From NCBI GenBank assembly GCA_965285935.1, contig OZ260666.1, positions 62,062,001-62,126,000 of the forward strand: a DNA stretch of 64,000 bases. The letters run 5' to 3'. The notes beneath the pieces were generated by a model. It was not told where the DNA came from. It saw only the letters and a list, made by a program, of their open reading frames with translations, and searched no databases. Position 1 is the first letter of the stretch. Each line of letters starts with the position of its first letter. Source of the stretch: Ophelia neglecta (lineage: Eukaryota). This document shows, piece after piece, positions 1 through 13,200 of this stretch. The position numbers were made by a program, and so were the translations under genes.

Positions 1-682
1 CTTATCTTATCTACAAAATGTCAATTTGTTACCGGTCTTGGTCTATGTGCTAGCTGTAAGGAGATCAAAGACTCAAAACTTAATAAATTTAGACAGAATT
101 TAATACCACAAGCATTGACATTAAGTATGCAACTCAATCACATCCCTTAACTTAAGAATGTGGAGGCCATTTTAGTTTTCTGATCCCAATATCATGGTGC
201 CTATTGTGGTACCTGTATTCAGCTTTAAAACGAGGTTGACGTCTTGAAAAGTTCTCCTTAAGTTTAAGGAGGTTGTGTCAGTCATTTAGTTTTGAGGTCA
301 AATCTATTATTTAATTAGCTCATTACAGTAATATATAATAGTCTGATGTACCTCACAAGCAAATGCCTTTGTTTAAATATAATCATGCTTAAAAGATGGC
401 CAAAAGGATACCAAACAGTTGACAACCCCAAAAATGTATACCTCCACTGCAAGGTGGAGACATAAAAAAGTCCACTGGCACCTCTTTGATTGCCATGCAC
501 AAACATCTCATGATCTTTATCCGGAATGGAATAATACCTTTGCATTAAATCAGTTATGAATGCATCAGAATTATTGGTTTTCAAATAAGTTAACTGTTGC
601 TATTTGTCTGCTTAATTTAACTTCACTAAGAAAAGAAAAACATGCAGTTGAATAGTTTTTGTGTGATAAAAAAGTCACTTAC

Positions 683-835
683 ATTGGCTCCTACATATGC
701 TGATATTTCGCTGTTTTCCATTCGGTCGTAGACCTTGTCAGCATTTTTAGCATCGATGATATGTTTCTCATCATCTTTACTGACATAGAATATTGAGTCA
801 GTGGAACCATCGCTATTTCTCTTCATTTTGGTCAC
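683..835 (-). CDS. Coding exon of the KIAA1549-like gene: VTKMKRNSDGSTDSIFYVSKDDEKHIIDAKNADKVYDRMENSEISAYVGAN
   Basis: Acceptor ttattttatttcaag|GTG, donor AAT|gtaagt, 153 bp, phase 0-0. The spliced peptide (helix, polybasic site, VxVxxxxR, IFYV, helix, A..G) resembles my recollection of the KIAA1549/DUF3827 extracellular module; this is recognition by eye, not a search. Transmembrane and cytoplasmic exons would lie left of the window. Confidence 0.8.
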
Positions 836-948
836 CTTGAAATAAAATAACCTCAATACAGTGCAAAATAGGGTGCTAAGATTAAAAGGTTTATACTTCG
901 ATAATGATCGGCAAATAAAACATTGGCTACAATTTGCTTTGTTCTTAC

Positions 949-1055
949 ATGAACATCATGGTCATCTGGGTTTGGGGGCATCACATCAGGCACATCTCTC
1001 TTCCGTCGCCTTACAGCAGGTCTAGTCAGGGAAACTAGATATGCTTTCAGCAAGC
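949..1055 (-). CDS. Coding exon of the KIAA1549-like gene: (G)LLKAYLVSLTRPAVRRRKRDVPDVMPPNPDDHDVH
   Basis: Acceptor ttcttgttgcag|GC (phase 1, matching the giant-exon donor) and donor CAT|gtaaga (phase 0). Contains a polybasic RRRKR proprotein-convertase motif. Confidence 0.85.
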
Positions 1056-1259
1056 CTGCAACAAGAAGCTATACATTGAACCAAATAGTTTTAGAATGTA
1101 TTTACTGCTATGTACACTGGGTATACAATTTGAACCATATCTCAGATAAATTGGTGACATATCTGTCTAATATTACAATGTAAGGCATATTTTAGCAAAC
1201 TCATCCATATTAAACATATTAAGTCACATTGGTAGACATAACATGTTGTGAGCACTCAC

Positions 1260-4200
1260 CCCTCTCTATCTGTTTGATGTAGTCTGCTTCTGTAGAGTTG
1301 TGACCATACTGAGGTCGGATGGTCATCACCATCAGTTTGTCGTCTCCCACAACCAGTGGAGTGATAGTGGTCATTGGTTGAGGTGTAGTATAAGGCCGAG
1401 GAGAGGTATTTGGGCCAGGGAGATATTGTCCTGTGACCCCAGCTGAGCTTGCAGAGATTACACTTCCCAGGTCAGTGAATGCTTGGCTGGCAGTTTCTAT
1501 CTCTGTAGTGGCATGTGGCCGATTGTCGATGGACATTGTATTAAAAGAGGGTGAGACTGCTGCTTCATAATCTGACCCAGCTGTCACAGTCTTCGTCTTA
1601 TATATTGTCTCATTACCACTCACAAGAGTTTCAGGTAGAAGAGGAACAGGAGAAGAGAGGGAAAGAAGGCCAGTAAGCATAGGGGAGGCAGTTAGAATGT
1701 CAGAGGACAAGTCAGGGGTAAAGGCGGAAGGTGAAATTGAAGAGCTCTCGAAGGATAAACTAGGAATGATAGGAAGCATATTGCTTTGTAGATGCATGGT
1801 TTTTGGATCTAAATAGGAGGCATTTTTTGGATTTAAACTGGGTGATTTCTGAATGGAATCATTACCAGTTGTCTTAGCGGGGGACCAAAGGTCAGAAGCA
1901 ACATAATTCATTGTTGAATGTGATGATTCCAAACTATAAGATGTTACTGGTGTGCTGGCCACAAGGTTACCTGTAGTCCATGTTATATTTAGCAGTTTTG
2001 TGACTTCCTTACTGGGGGGTACAGTTTGCATGAAATAAGATGTCAAATTGTCCAAATCGATTTGACTTATTCCAATACTTTGAAGACCAACACCACTGGA
2101 AACCACATGGGAACTAGCAAAATATTTCATTGACCCATGAGGCAGAAACTGGGTGTCATTGCTACTTACAGACGTTAATGAGGTGGTCTCTGGTAAGACA
2201 GTTGCACTGGCAAGTACTGGAGCTAGCGAGACCTTTGCAGACCAGGGCAAGTATATGCTTCTCTCTGACATTACTAGTAAGCTATGTTTAATGGAAGGTA
2301 ATGAACTTTCCCTTTCCAGTTGGGATCTATTTAATTGACTACCTCTCATAAATTGATATACAGAACTTTCTGTAGAATTTATAAACAAGGTTTTGTTTGC
2401 TGTTGGTAAGAAAGAGAATGATGCTGTGGGGACGTGTGGCACAGTGCTACTTATAGGTTTACTGAGAGACATACTTGGACTTAGACTAGGAAGTGAAGGT
2501 AAAGAATAATGTCCTGTCAGGAACATATCACTATAAAGGGGGGTGAATGTAGACACTGTATCAGTCATGGTGGGGGAAATGAAGCTACTATCAGAAAGGT
2601 AGATACTACTTGCATATATTGTCAATAATTCACTATCAGAAAAACCCACGCTTGAGTTGGACGAATATACTAAGCTTTCACTTTCAACTAAATTAATTGG
2701 AAGATTATCACTTGAACCAACTGAACTGTTATCAGAAATAAAAGAAAGGGAGAACAATGATTCTCGTGTTCTGTTAAAAAAAGAAAGGGAATCACTAGGA
2801 TAAACATTGGTGTTGTAGACTGCAGTAGGATGCATTGAGGTGCTGTCATTGAGTGTTGGCCTGAAAGACAGATAAGTGGAAAGGGTGATATCACTTGCAC
2901 TTGGAAATGCAATTACAGTGGGAATTGTGATTAAAGTTTCACTTATTGAAGGCAAAATAGTTGCACTGTCTGAGATAAATGATGGACTATTGCTAACATA
3001 TGAGAAAGATGGGGTGGTGCTACTTTCATATTCACTGTCACTTGTAACAGGAATCTGGGACTGGCTATCTGAAAGCAATGTAGAAATTCTTCCACTGGGA
3101 AATATTCCTATACTTTCACTGCTGGGTGAAAACAGGATCCTTTCATTGTTTACAAGTGAGGAGGAAAATGTCCACAAGTCTGTAGGCATCAAGGGTAATC
3201 TATATGATTGATTTCTGGACCAGTTTTTGCTTGAAGAGTATACCCATGTCTCCAATCCAAGGGGTGCTGTTGGTAGGATTGATGTAGGTAAACTGGCGAT
3301 TGGATCTGGGTAAAATGATATGCTCTCAATTGATATAGGAGTACTTGAAATTCTGTCTTTTATTGTAGCCTTCATAGACTGATGATCCTTTGTTGAAACC
3401 AAAACAACACTATCACTTAGAGATGGAAAAATTAAAATACCATCAATGCCTGCCAAACTATTATTAGACAATGGAAATATAGATGTATTGCTATTCTGAA
3501 TATCTGTTAATATTTTGCTGGGAAATATTGAACTACTTTTACTTTCTGGCAGGAGTGGAGTTGTCCACAGAGAATCATTTGGGTGGGCTAATGCCGTATT
3601 CCTAAATAAAGGTGATTTTGACATGATACCCTTTATTGTTGACACAAAAGACATACTTTCACTTGGAAGTAGATTGCCTTCAGAAAGGAGTCTGCTTGAC
3701 ATAGTTGGATACAGCAGCATGCTATCATTAATTGTGGGCACTAAAGTTGGGAAAATGTTGGTAATCATTGATCCAGTATTGTTAGCAGCTGGTAAACTAG
3801 GTAGGCTACTATTAAATGAAGACCTCCATTTAATGCTACCACTTGCTTCGGTTGTAAAGCTCTTGATAGAATTGGGAATTATGGTAAACATTGTATATGT
3901 GACATTGGGAGTAAAAAAGTGGTTGTAATTTGGTGAGAGGGAACTTGGCGGGGTCTTAAATGAAGGGGAAACAGTTTGCAGAATCATTGAAGGTAAACTG
4001 ATGGCTGGATCTGGATGAACTGACATGTTCTCATTAGAAATATGAAAGCTTGAGAAACTTTCTGGAATTGGGTCCACCAAAGATTGATTATCACTTAGTG
4101 ACATCCAATAACTTTCACTTTCAGTTGGTAAAATTGACAAGATGTAACTGTCAACCAAACTATCATAAGGCATTGGAGATAAAGCAGTAATGTCATTTGG

Positions 4201-7200
4201 AAAGCCTGTAATTGTTTCTATTGGATAAAATGACATGTAGACATTTTCTGAAGGGTGAATGGATGAACTTTCTAGTTGTGTAGGAACATTTAAGTGACTA
4301 TCAATTGGAAAAGCTGATAAATAACTGCCAGGCAGGGGAAATGTTGACGTGCTATCTGATGAAGTTGATGAAACTGTGAAGCTTTCTCTTTGAAATGTCA
4401 TTGTGCTATCATGGGAGTTGACCAGTTCTGACATATAATCACTTACAGTTGGAGACAGTAACCTGCTGTTATAAATTGTTGACAATAAAGGTGGATTAAC
4501 ACTTGAGAAAGCTGATGTAGAATTCCCAACAGATGGAAAAGCAGACAGGATGTCACTAAATGAAGATACCAATGGCATGTTATTACTTGTGTCTATTGGA
4601 AAGCTATTATTAGAAGTGGGAAGTGTGGTCATCATTTTATCTGTCACATTGGAAGAAAGAAAGTGGCTGTCATTTGATGAAGGGAATTGAGTCTCAAAAC
4701 CAGAAACTGTAGGCAAAATCATTGAAGCTAAACTGAGGCTGGGATCTGGAGACATTGACTTAATCTCATTTGAAATAGGAAAGCCTGACAGACTTTCGTT
4801 TGTAGGATCAGTCAATGACTTACCATAGCTTGGTGAAATCAAATAGCTTTCTATTTGGGTGGGAAAAATAACAATGCTTTCACTGTAGACTAAACTGTCA
4901 TAAGTTATTGTCAGTTTAGCAATACTGCTATCTGAAAGACCTGTCATTGTTTCACGCAAAAGTAACGGCACACTACTACTTTCTATAGGGAGAGTATATT
5001 GACTCTCATGCTGTGCTGGAAAATTTGAGACTCTGTTGATTGAAAAAGCTGACACACTACCATTAGACATAGGAAATGTGGACATGCTATCAGATATAAT
5101 AGTTGAAACTGACATGCCTTCACTAGGAAATGTCACGGTGCCATCATCTGAAGTGGTCAGGTTCTTAGTTGGAGCCATGGACACACTGCCATTAAATGTT
5201 GGTAATAAAGTGGGAGCCGAATTTGAGAGAATTGAGAGGGTACTGCTTACCGTTGGAAAAGCAGCAGACAGGCTATCACTAAAGGAAGCTATCATCATAT
5301 GCATGCTATCACTTAGCTCTATCGAAAAGTTCTTGCTAGACTTGGGAAGTAAGGTCATTATTGCATCTGTCACATTGGGAGAAGGAAGGTGGTTATCATT
5401 TGATGAAGAAATGCTCATGCTATCTTTGGATTCTGCTGAAAAACTTTTACTAGACATAGGGATTATGGTTTTATATGTCACACTGGAAGCAAGAAGTTGG
5501 ATATCATTTGATGAAGGAAAACTGAGAAGAGTCTCCTGTGCAAGAGAAACTGTGGATAGGATCATTGATGGCAATCGGAGGCCTGAATCTGGAACTGATG
5601 ACATGCTTTCATTTGAAATATCAATGTTGGACAGATCCTGTTTTCTTGGACCCGACAATGACTGGCTATACTGGGGTGAAATCAAATAATTAGTTCTTTG
5701 CGTTGGGAAAATTGGTGTGCTGCCTCTAACACCAAAACTATTACTAGACTTCAGAAATGTATATGCTAGAAGTGATTCGCTGTTTTTATCAGTATGTAAG
5801 GCATGGACGCTTTCACTCATTGAAGGTGACAATGGTAAGATTTCACTTGTATGCTTGGAAAAGCTATAACTGGCAGTTGCGTGTAGGGTCATCATCGAAT
5901 CTGTTGCATTTGGGGAAAGAAAAATACTGTTGTCTGATGAGAACACCAACTTTAGACTCTCACTTGGCATAAGTGGTGTGTTTTCATCAACTTTGGGGAA
6001 CAATGATGAACCATGCTTTTTTAACTGTAACACAGAGGAGCTATGAATTGTTACTTTGGGAACATTGGAAACACTGGTAGTTTCCAATGGCACAACAGAC
6101 TTATTGTAAGTTAGTTCAGATAATCCAGAGAAGCTTTGGCTTTGGAAAATAGAACTACTGGGGTCTGGGGGGAGAAAGTTAGTTTGGTTTTTGATAGATG
6201 TAGAAAAAAGTTCTGTACTGACTACATTGGACTGAGTGTTACTACTTGAAGCAATACTAGGTATATGATCAGTGGAAGAAAGAGGCACAAGACTAAAACT
6301 TTGCTGTAATACAGACAATGTGCTTTGGCTAAGTGACATGGTACTTTGAAATAATGAATTATTGCTTGAAAAGGGAGGCCTAGAAATTAAATCTATGGCT
6401 GAAGACAGGGATAATGGGATATTGTTTAATACTGTTGAATTTGAAACTGAAAATAAGGATAAATTAGCATTTATAGGCGCAGTAATGGAAAAGTTTTCAG
6501 TAGATAGTAACTGAGTGAAGCTATCTGTTTTAAACATAGCATTTGTATCCACAGCAGTCGGATACATTGACCTGCTAGTATAAGGTAAAGTGGGTAAAGT
6601 ATTAAGTGTCGGGATAAATTCAGATCTGTCGTTGGGTAACAATAAAAGACTATCTACTGACGATAAAATGGAAGGAATTGTGTAAGGGCTTCCACTGGCT
6701 AACTTCGAACGCCTGTTTATTGGACGGGAATAGTTAGGGCTTGTACTTGGTAATGGGGGCAGATTGGTTCCTAAGGGGGAATAATCCGGATTAATAGTTT
6801 GAAAATTAATTTGGTTCTCCAATAAGGTGGGGTGGTTAGGGCTCATATTGGACACAATCGAAAGACTGTCTGCTGAAGGGGATAAGTTAGTGGTGGTACT
6901 GGGCAATGCAGAAAAGTTATCTACTGAAGTGCCATAGTAAGGGATAGTGGTGGGTAACACAGAAAATGAATATACCAATGGGATATTTGTTGACATACCA
7001 TTATTTTTTTCTGTCTCAGATGATTTAAAAGCGGCTGGGAAAGCTGTTTCACTGACACGTTTTACTTCTGACTTACTCATTATTGGAGGGGCTAAATTCC
7101 ACGAGCTTCTGTCAATTAATGATGGATTGGAGAGACTGGCACTTTGGGTTGCACTGGGAGAGAATAGTGGACTCTCAGACGGAAATGCCACTAATACACT

Positions 7201-10200
7201 TTCCTTGTTAAAGGAGTTAATCTGGTTATTACCCGATGAATTCATATATACATCACTTTGGGCTGAGGAGATGGAAAAACCATCACTTTTAGGTTTTACA
7301 TCAGAAGAATTGGCCCCAAGTGGTGATCGATGAGAAAATAGATTGCTTTTCAAATAGATGGAACTAGAACCTGGAACTACTGTATTGCTCAAACGACCAG
7401 TGGATGGCTCAAACATGTTCACACTTGGTGAACTGTGAAGCAAACTATAGCTTTTGGAATTCCCCATGACGGATGCAAATACAAACAAGCTATCCCCAGG
7501 TGCAGAATTTGTAGTTAAACTACTAGCTTCTAAATACATATTGCTATTTATATCACTGGGAAAGGTTGGAATGCTATATCTCCAACTGGGTTGCTCATCT
7601 GAGAGAACAAAGCTGTCTGTTTGGATATTTAAACTGGTACGGATTTCCACAGAATGAATTAATGGCAATTTGGTTTCAATTCTTATAGGTTGAGATATAA
7701 TACTAGAAGATCTAGTCTCAAGTGTAAAGCTTTCTGATTCGGACAGTAAAATCGAATTGTACTCAGTTGAGTGAGCCATTGATGATGGCAGTACGCTTGT
7801 AGCTGACAAAGATGGATAATGTTCATCTGGTAACAAAAAGCTAGTCATGGATTCACTGTCCAAAAGAGGAGTTGTGTTATCACTAGTTGAAGAAGACATT
7901 GCTTTGATGGCTTGACTTAGTTGAAGATCGTCTGAAAGTGAGTCTCGCGGATTGAGTGACAAACCTTTAGGTAGATTGTAAGATGATGACACAACTTCTC
8001 TTTGAAAGGGAGACGAGGCACTTATCTCACTCGATTTTAGAATGCTTTGGATGGCTTCAGTGTTTAGGATTGTTGGTGTTAGGCTTGGTTCAAGTAAGCT
8101 AGACCCACTATTACTCCACTGAGAAGTCATATGTGGAATATTAGTTGAATTAATAGCCTTAGCTGTGTCATACTGTGAGCTATCAGACCCACCGTCGGCA
8201 AAGGAAGGACTTGGCATCCTGGTATTAAGAGAAATTCGAGATGCCAAACGTTCACTATGATGGGAGGAACGCAAGGCGCTATTCTCTACTAATTGTGAAT
8301 AGTCATGTAGGCCACCATTCAGGTTGGGAGGGATTTCGCTGGATATGTGGTGATCAGAAGTCTCCAGGTCATTCAAAGACGTTGAAAGTATTGCAGGTGA
8401 AATTGGTTTGGTAACTGACGACTGTATCACTTTGGTACTAGAAGAACTAGAAGAACCTAGAAGATGCATGCTTTCACGCTTCTCTTTGGTGCTTGAAGTT
8501 ACAGACAAATCAAATTTTGGTGGGACTGGAACAGCTCCTTTTGATATGCTGAACTGTATAAAGCGTTTAGTACGGTCAACACTTTTAATGATGGGAAAAA
8601 CAGATTGACTTGCCGCAGTGTGTCTATTTTCTCTGTGCGTTGAAAGTTTGTTGTTTTGTGTAGAAGACCGTGAATACATGTTTGTTGGAGTCCCAATAGG
8701 TGATGTTATCAAGGTCTCTGGAGAGGTGGGGAGTGGAGGAGTTCTAGTGGACGACAATTGGTAAAAACCTGCAGTTCCTTGTATGGACTGTGAAACAACG
8801 GAATCATTTACACCGACGGTTCTCAAAACAAACTTTTGAGATGATGCTGATGATACCAAACTTGCTATGGCCAAAGATAGTAATTTCATTCTACTAGAAG
8901 TGGAACTACCAGCCCAACTCAAACCATGTGATTTGGAGCTTGCAATACCCAGAAGACCAGTGGAGAGGATAGGGATCAAATTGGAACGCGGGTCCCACAT
9001 AGAAGACTCACCCCATGAAGAACTACTCAGGATCAGTTGCGATTTGCCAAGTTGAGGTAGGCCTTGTATGTCCGTAAATATTGGATTGATATCGCTAAAG
9101 AAATCATCGAATGCTGAAGTCTTTGGCGCCAACTTAGTTGACGCTGAAAAAAGGGAACCATATGGTGAGGGCAGGTGCTCTTGTACATTATCGCTGACAA
9201 TCTTTGACATCATCCTGGAGAGGTATCTACTATCTGCCAAATTGAAATGATTTTGTGATTTATGTGTGCCAACAGTACGGGGCTTATTGTTGCTTAAGTA
9301 TGTTACAGAAGGCCACAGGGTATTTGGAGGTTTTTTACTATGCCAGTTTGGCAAGGATACGAAATTATATCCACTTGCTAAAATCCCAGAGATTTTCGTG
9401 GTGGGTATATCAGAAATGCTATATTGATCCGTCTCACTGTGCTTTGCATCATCGTACATACTAAAGAGCACTGGTTTAGAAGTAAACGACCCTTCACTCC
9501 ACATGTCTCCACGTAAATCAGTTACAAATGTTGCAAGTAGTATAGACATGGTGCCAAGAGGGGCAGATTGATGCATTATACTAGATTTGGATGATGGTAC
9601 CTTTTTAATTGAACTGTATGCGTATATTTCACTAGATTTGCGCGGCCGAAAACCATTTAAGACAGGTCTGGATGGATGTTTTATTCCGGTTTGTGTTGCC
9701 TCCATACCACCAACGGGTCGTATACTAGACTGTGTTACTGTCTTGCTCTCAATGAGCCAGGACGCGGAGGCATTAATGAATTGGGTTGATGATATATTTA
9801 TAACAATTCCAGATGGAGTTACCATAGCGGATTGTGACGGGCCATGACGTAGGTCGAGGCTAGATGTGAACTCCCAACTCTCTGGAAACGACGTAAATTT
9901 TTCACTCGGAAATAATGACATCATGGAATTTTTGGAAGGGAGACTGGATTTTTCGTGAAGTTGGAAATGAACATTTGAGGGACTATCGCGTAGAAAAGCT
10001 GATGCTGTACCGCTAGACAGAGTAAACATGGGAATGCCATCAGATATACTTGTAAAAACTGGTACGCCTTCACCTGGAAACACCATTATGCTATCATTCG
10101 AAGTGAGAAGGTCTGACACGTAGTCATTCAGAGTTGGAGACAGTGACATGTTGTTATTAAATTTGGACAATAATGTTGGAGCAATATTTAAGACATCAGA

Positions 10201-13200
10201 TGCAGCATTGCTAACAATTGGATTACCAAAACTGCTAGCTGGTAACGAAGGCGCAAAGGTCATGAAATTAGTTAGGTCAGAAAAATTATTACTAGAAGTG
10301 GGAATTATGGCCATGGTTATAGCTGTCACATCGGTAGAAAGAAAGTCATTGTTTCTTGATGAGAGGTAACTTAACTCAGTCTCAGACCCATTGGAAACTG
10401 TGGCCAGCATCATTGATAGAATATCAAAGATTGGATCCTTGTAAATTGAAAACGTCTCATTTAATATAGGTAAGTTTGACAGACTTCGGCCTATTGTGTA
10501 AACCAAAGACTGACTGTGCAAAGTAGGAATCAAATCACTTTTCATTCGAGAGGGAGAAAAGGACATGCTTTCACTATGCACAAAACTTTCATAAGGCAAT
10601 AGATATTTAGATGTACTGCTGCCTGAAATACCAGCCAATGTATTACTCGGAGCTACTGGCATAATCAAATTCGTTGATAGGGGAGTGAATAGACTGTTAC
10701 GTCGAGTCAGATTATTAAAGAAAATATCGCTTTGAAAACCTGAAACCCTACTGCCAGAAAGAGGATATAATGATATGTTATCAGGCATGGTCGGAAAACT
10801 TGTAATGTCTCTTTTTTTAAAGGTCATTGTGCTCTCATCTGAAAATATCAGGTTTGACCTATTATCCCTCAATGGTGGAGCGAGCAACATGCTGTCATTT
10901 AATGTTGACAATAAAGAAGGAGCAATATTTGAGAGAAGTGATGCAGTATTTCTAAATGTTGGAAAAGCTGGAAGGCTAGTTTTTATTGAAGGGACAAACA
11001 GCATGATTTTATTTGATTCTGCTAACAATCTATAGCTATAAGTCACACTGGGAGAAAGGGAATCGATGTCCATTGATAATTGGAAACTGGACAGAGTCTC
11101 AAATCCAAGCGAATTTTCTCCGATCACATCCAATAACGAATGGATATTCCTTGTTGAAATCAAATAACTTTCCATTGGTGTGGGGGAAATCGGCATTTGT
11201 TCACTATACACATTCACACTTGAAATCTGAAAGTTGGAGAAACTTTCTTGCATAGGGTCCCCCAACGGTTGATCATCACTTGGTGATATCAAATAACTTT
11301 CACTTTCAGTTGGTAAAATCGACAAGATGTAACTGTCAACCAAACTATCATAAGGCATTGGAGATATAGCAGTAATGCCATTTGGAAAGCCTTTAAATGT
11401 TTCTATTCGATAAAATGACATGATGACATTTTCTGAAGGGTGAATTGATGAACTTTCAAGTTGTGTAGGAACATTTAGGTCACTATTAATTGGAAAAACT
11501 GATAAATAACTGCCAGACAGTGGAAATGTGGACGTGCTATAAGATGAAGTTGGTGAAACTGTGAAGCTTTCTCTTTGAAATGTCATTGTGCTATCATGGG
11601 AGTTGACCAGTTCTGACATATAATCACTTACAGTTGGAGACAGTAACCTGCTGTCATAAATTGTTGACAATAAAGGTGGATTAACACTTGAGAAAACTGA
11701 TGTAGAATTCCCAACAGATGGAAAAGCAGACAGGATGTCACTAAATGAAGATACCAATGGCATGTTATTACTTGTGTCTATTGGAAAGCTCTTATTAGAA
11801 GTGGGAAGTGTGGTCATCATTTTATATGTCACATTGGAAGAAAGGAAGTGGCTGTCATTTGATGAAGGGAATTGAGTCTCAAAACTAGAAACTGTAGGCA
11901 AAATGATTGAAGCTAAACTGAGGCTGGGACCTGGAGACATTGACTTTATCTCATTTGAAATAGGAAAGCTTGAGAGACTTTCGTTTATAGGATCAGTCAA
12001 TGACTTACCATAGCTTGGTGAAATCAAATAACTTTCTATTTGGGTGGGAAAAATCACAATGCTTTCACTGTAGACTAAACTGTCATAAGTTATTGTCAGG
12101 TTAGCTATACTGCTATCTGAAAGACCTGTCATTGTTTCACGCAAAAGTAACGGCATACTACTACTTTCTATAGGGAGAGTATATTGACTCTCATGCTGTG
12201 CTGGAAAATTTGAGACTCTGTTGATTGAAAAAGCTGACACACTACCATTAGACATAGGAAATGTGGACATGCTATCAGATATAATAGTTGAAACTGACAT
12301 GCCTTCACTAGGAAATGTCACGGTGCCATCATCTGAAGTGGTCAGGTTCTTAGTTGGAGTCATGGACACACTGCTATTAAATGTTGGTAATAAAGTGGGA
12401 GCCGAATTTGAGAGAATTGAGAGGGTACTGCTTACCCTTGGAAAAGCAGCAGACAGGCTATCACTAAAGGAAGCTATCATCATATGCATGCTATCACTTA
12501 GCTCTATCGAAAAGTTCTTGCTAGACTTGGGAAGTAAGGTCATTATTGCATCTGTCACATTGGGAGAAGGAAGTTGGTTATCATTTGATGAAGAAATGCT
12601 CATGCTATCTTTGGATTCTGCTGAAAAACTTTTACTAGACATAGGGATTATGGTTTTATATGTCACACTGGAAGCAAGAAGTTGGATATCATTTGATGAA
12701 GGAAAACTGAGAAGAGTCTCCTGTGCAGGAGAAACTGTGGATAGGATCATTGACGGCAATCGGAGGCCTGAATCTGGAACTGATGACATGCTTTCCTTTG
12801 AAATATCAATGTTGGACAGATCCTGTTTTCTTGGACCCGAGAATGACTGGCTATACTGGGGTGAAATCAAATAATTAGTTCTTTGCGTTGGGAAAATTGG
12901 TGTGCTGCCTCTAACACCAAAACTATTACTAGACTTCAGAAATGTATATGCTAGAAGTGATTCGCTGTTTTTATCAGTATGTAAGGCATGGACGCTTTCA
13001 CTCATTGAAGGTGACAATGTAGGGTGTAGGGTCATCATCGAATCTGTTGCATTTGGGGAAAGAAAAATACTGTTGTCTGATGAAAACACCAAATTTAGAC
13101 TCTCACTTGGCATAAGTGGTGTGTTTTCAATAACTATGGGGAACAATGATGAACTGTGCATTTTTAACTGTAACACAGATGTGCTATGAATTGAAACTTT

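Noticed and set aside
315-584. 89-aa minus-strand ORF as the next exon of the KIAA1549-like gene
   Set aside because: I found no convincing phase-0 acceptor/donor pair and no family-like sequence; it is probably intron.
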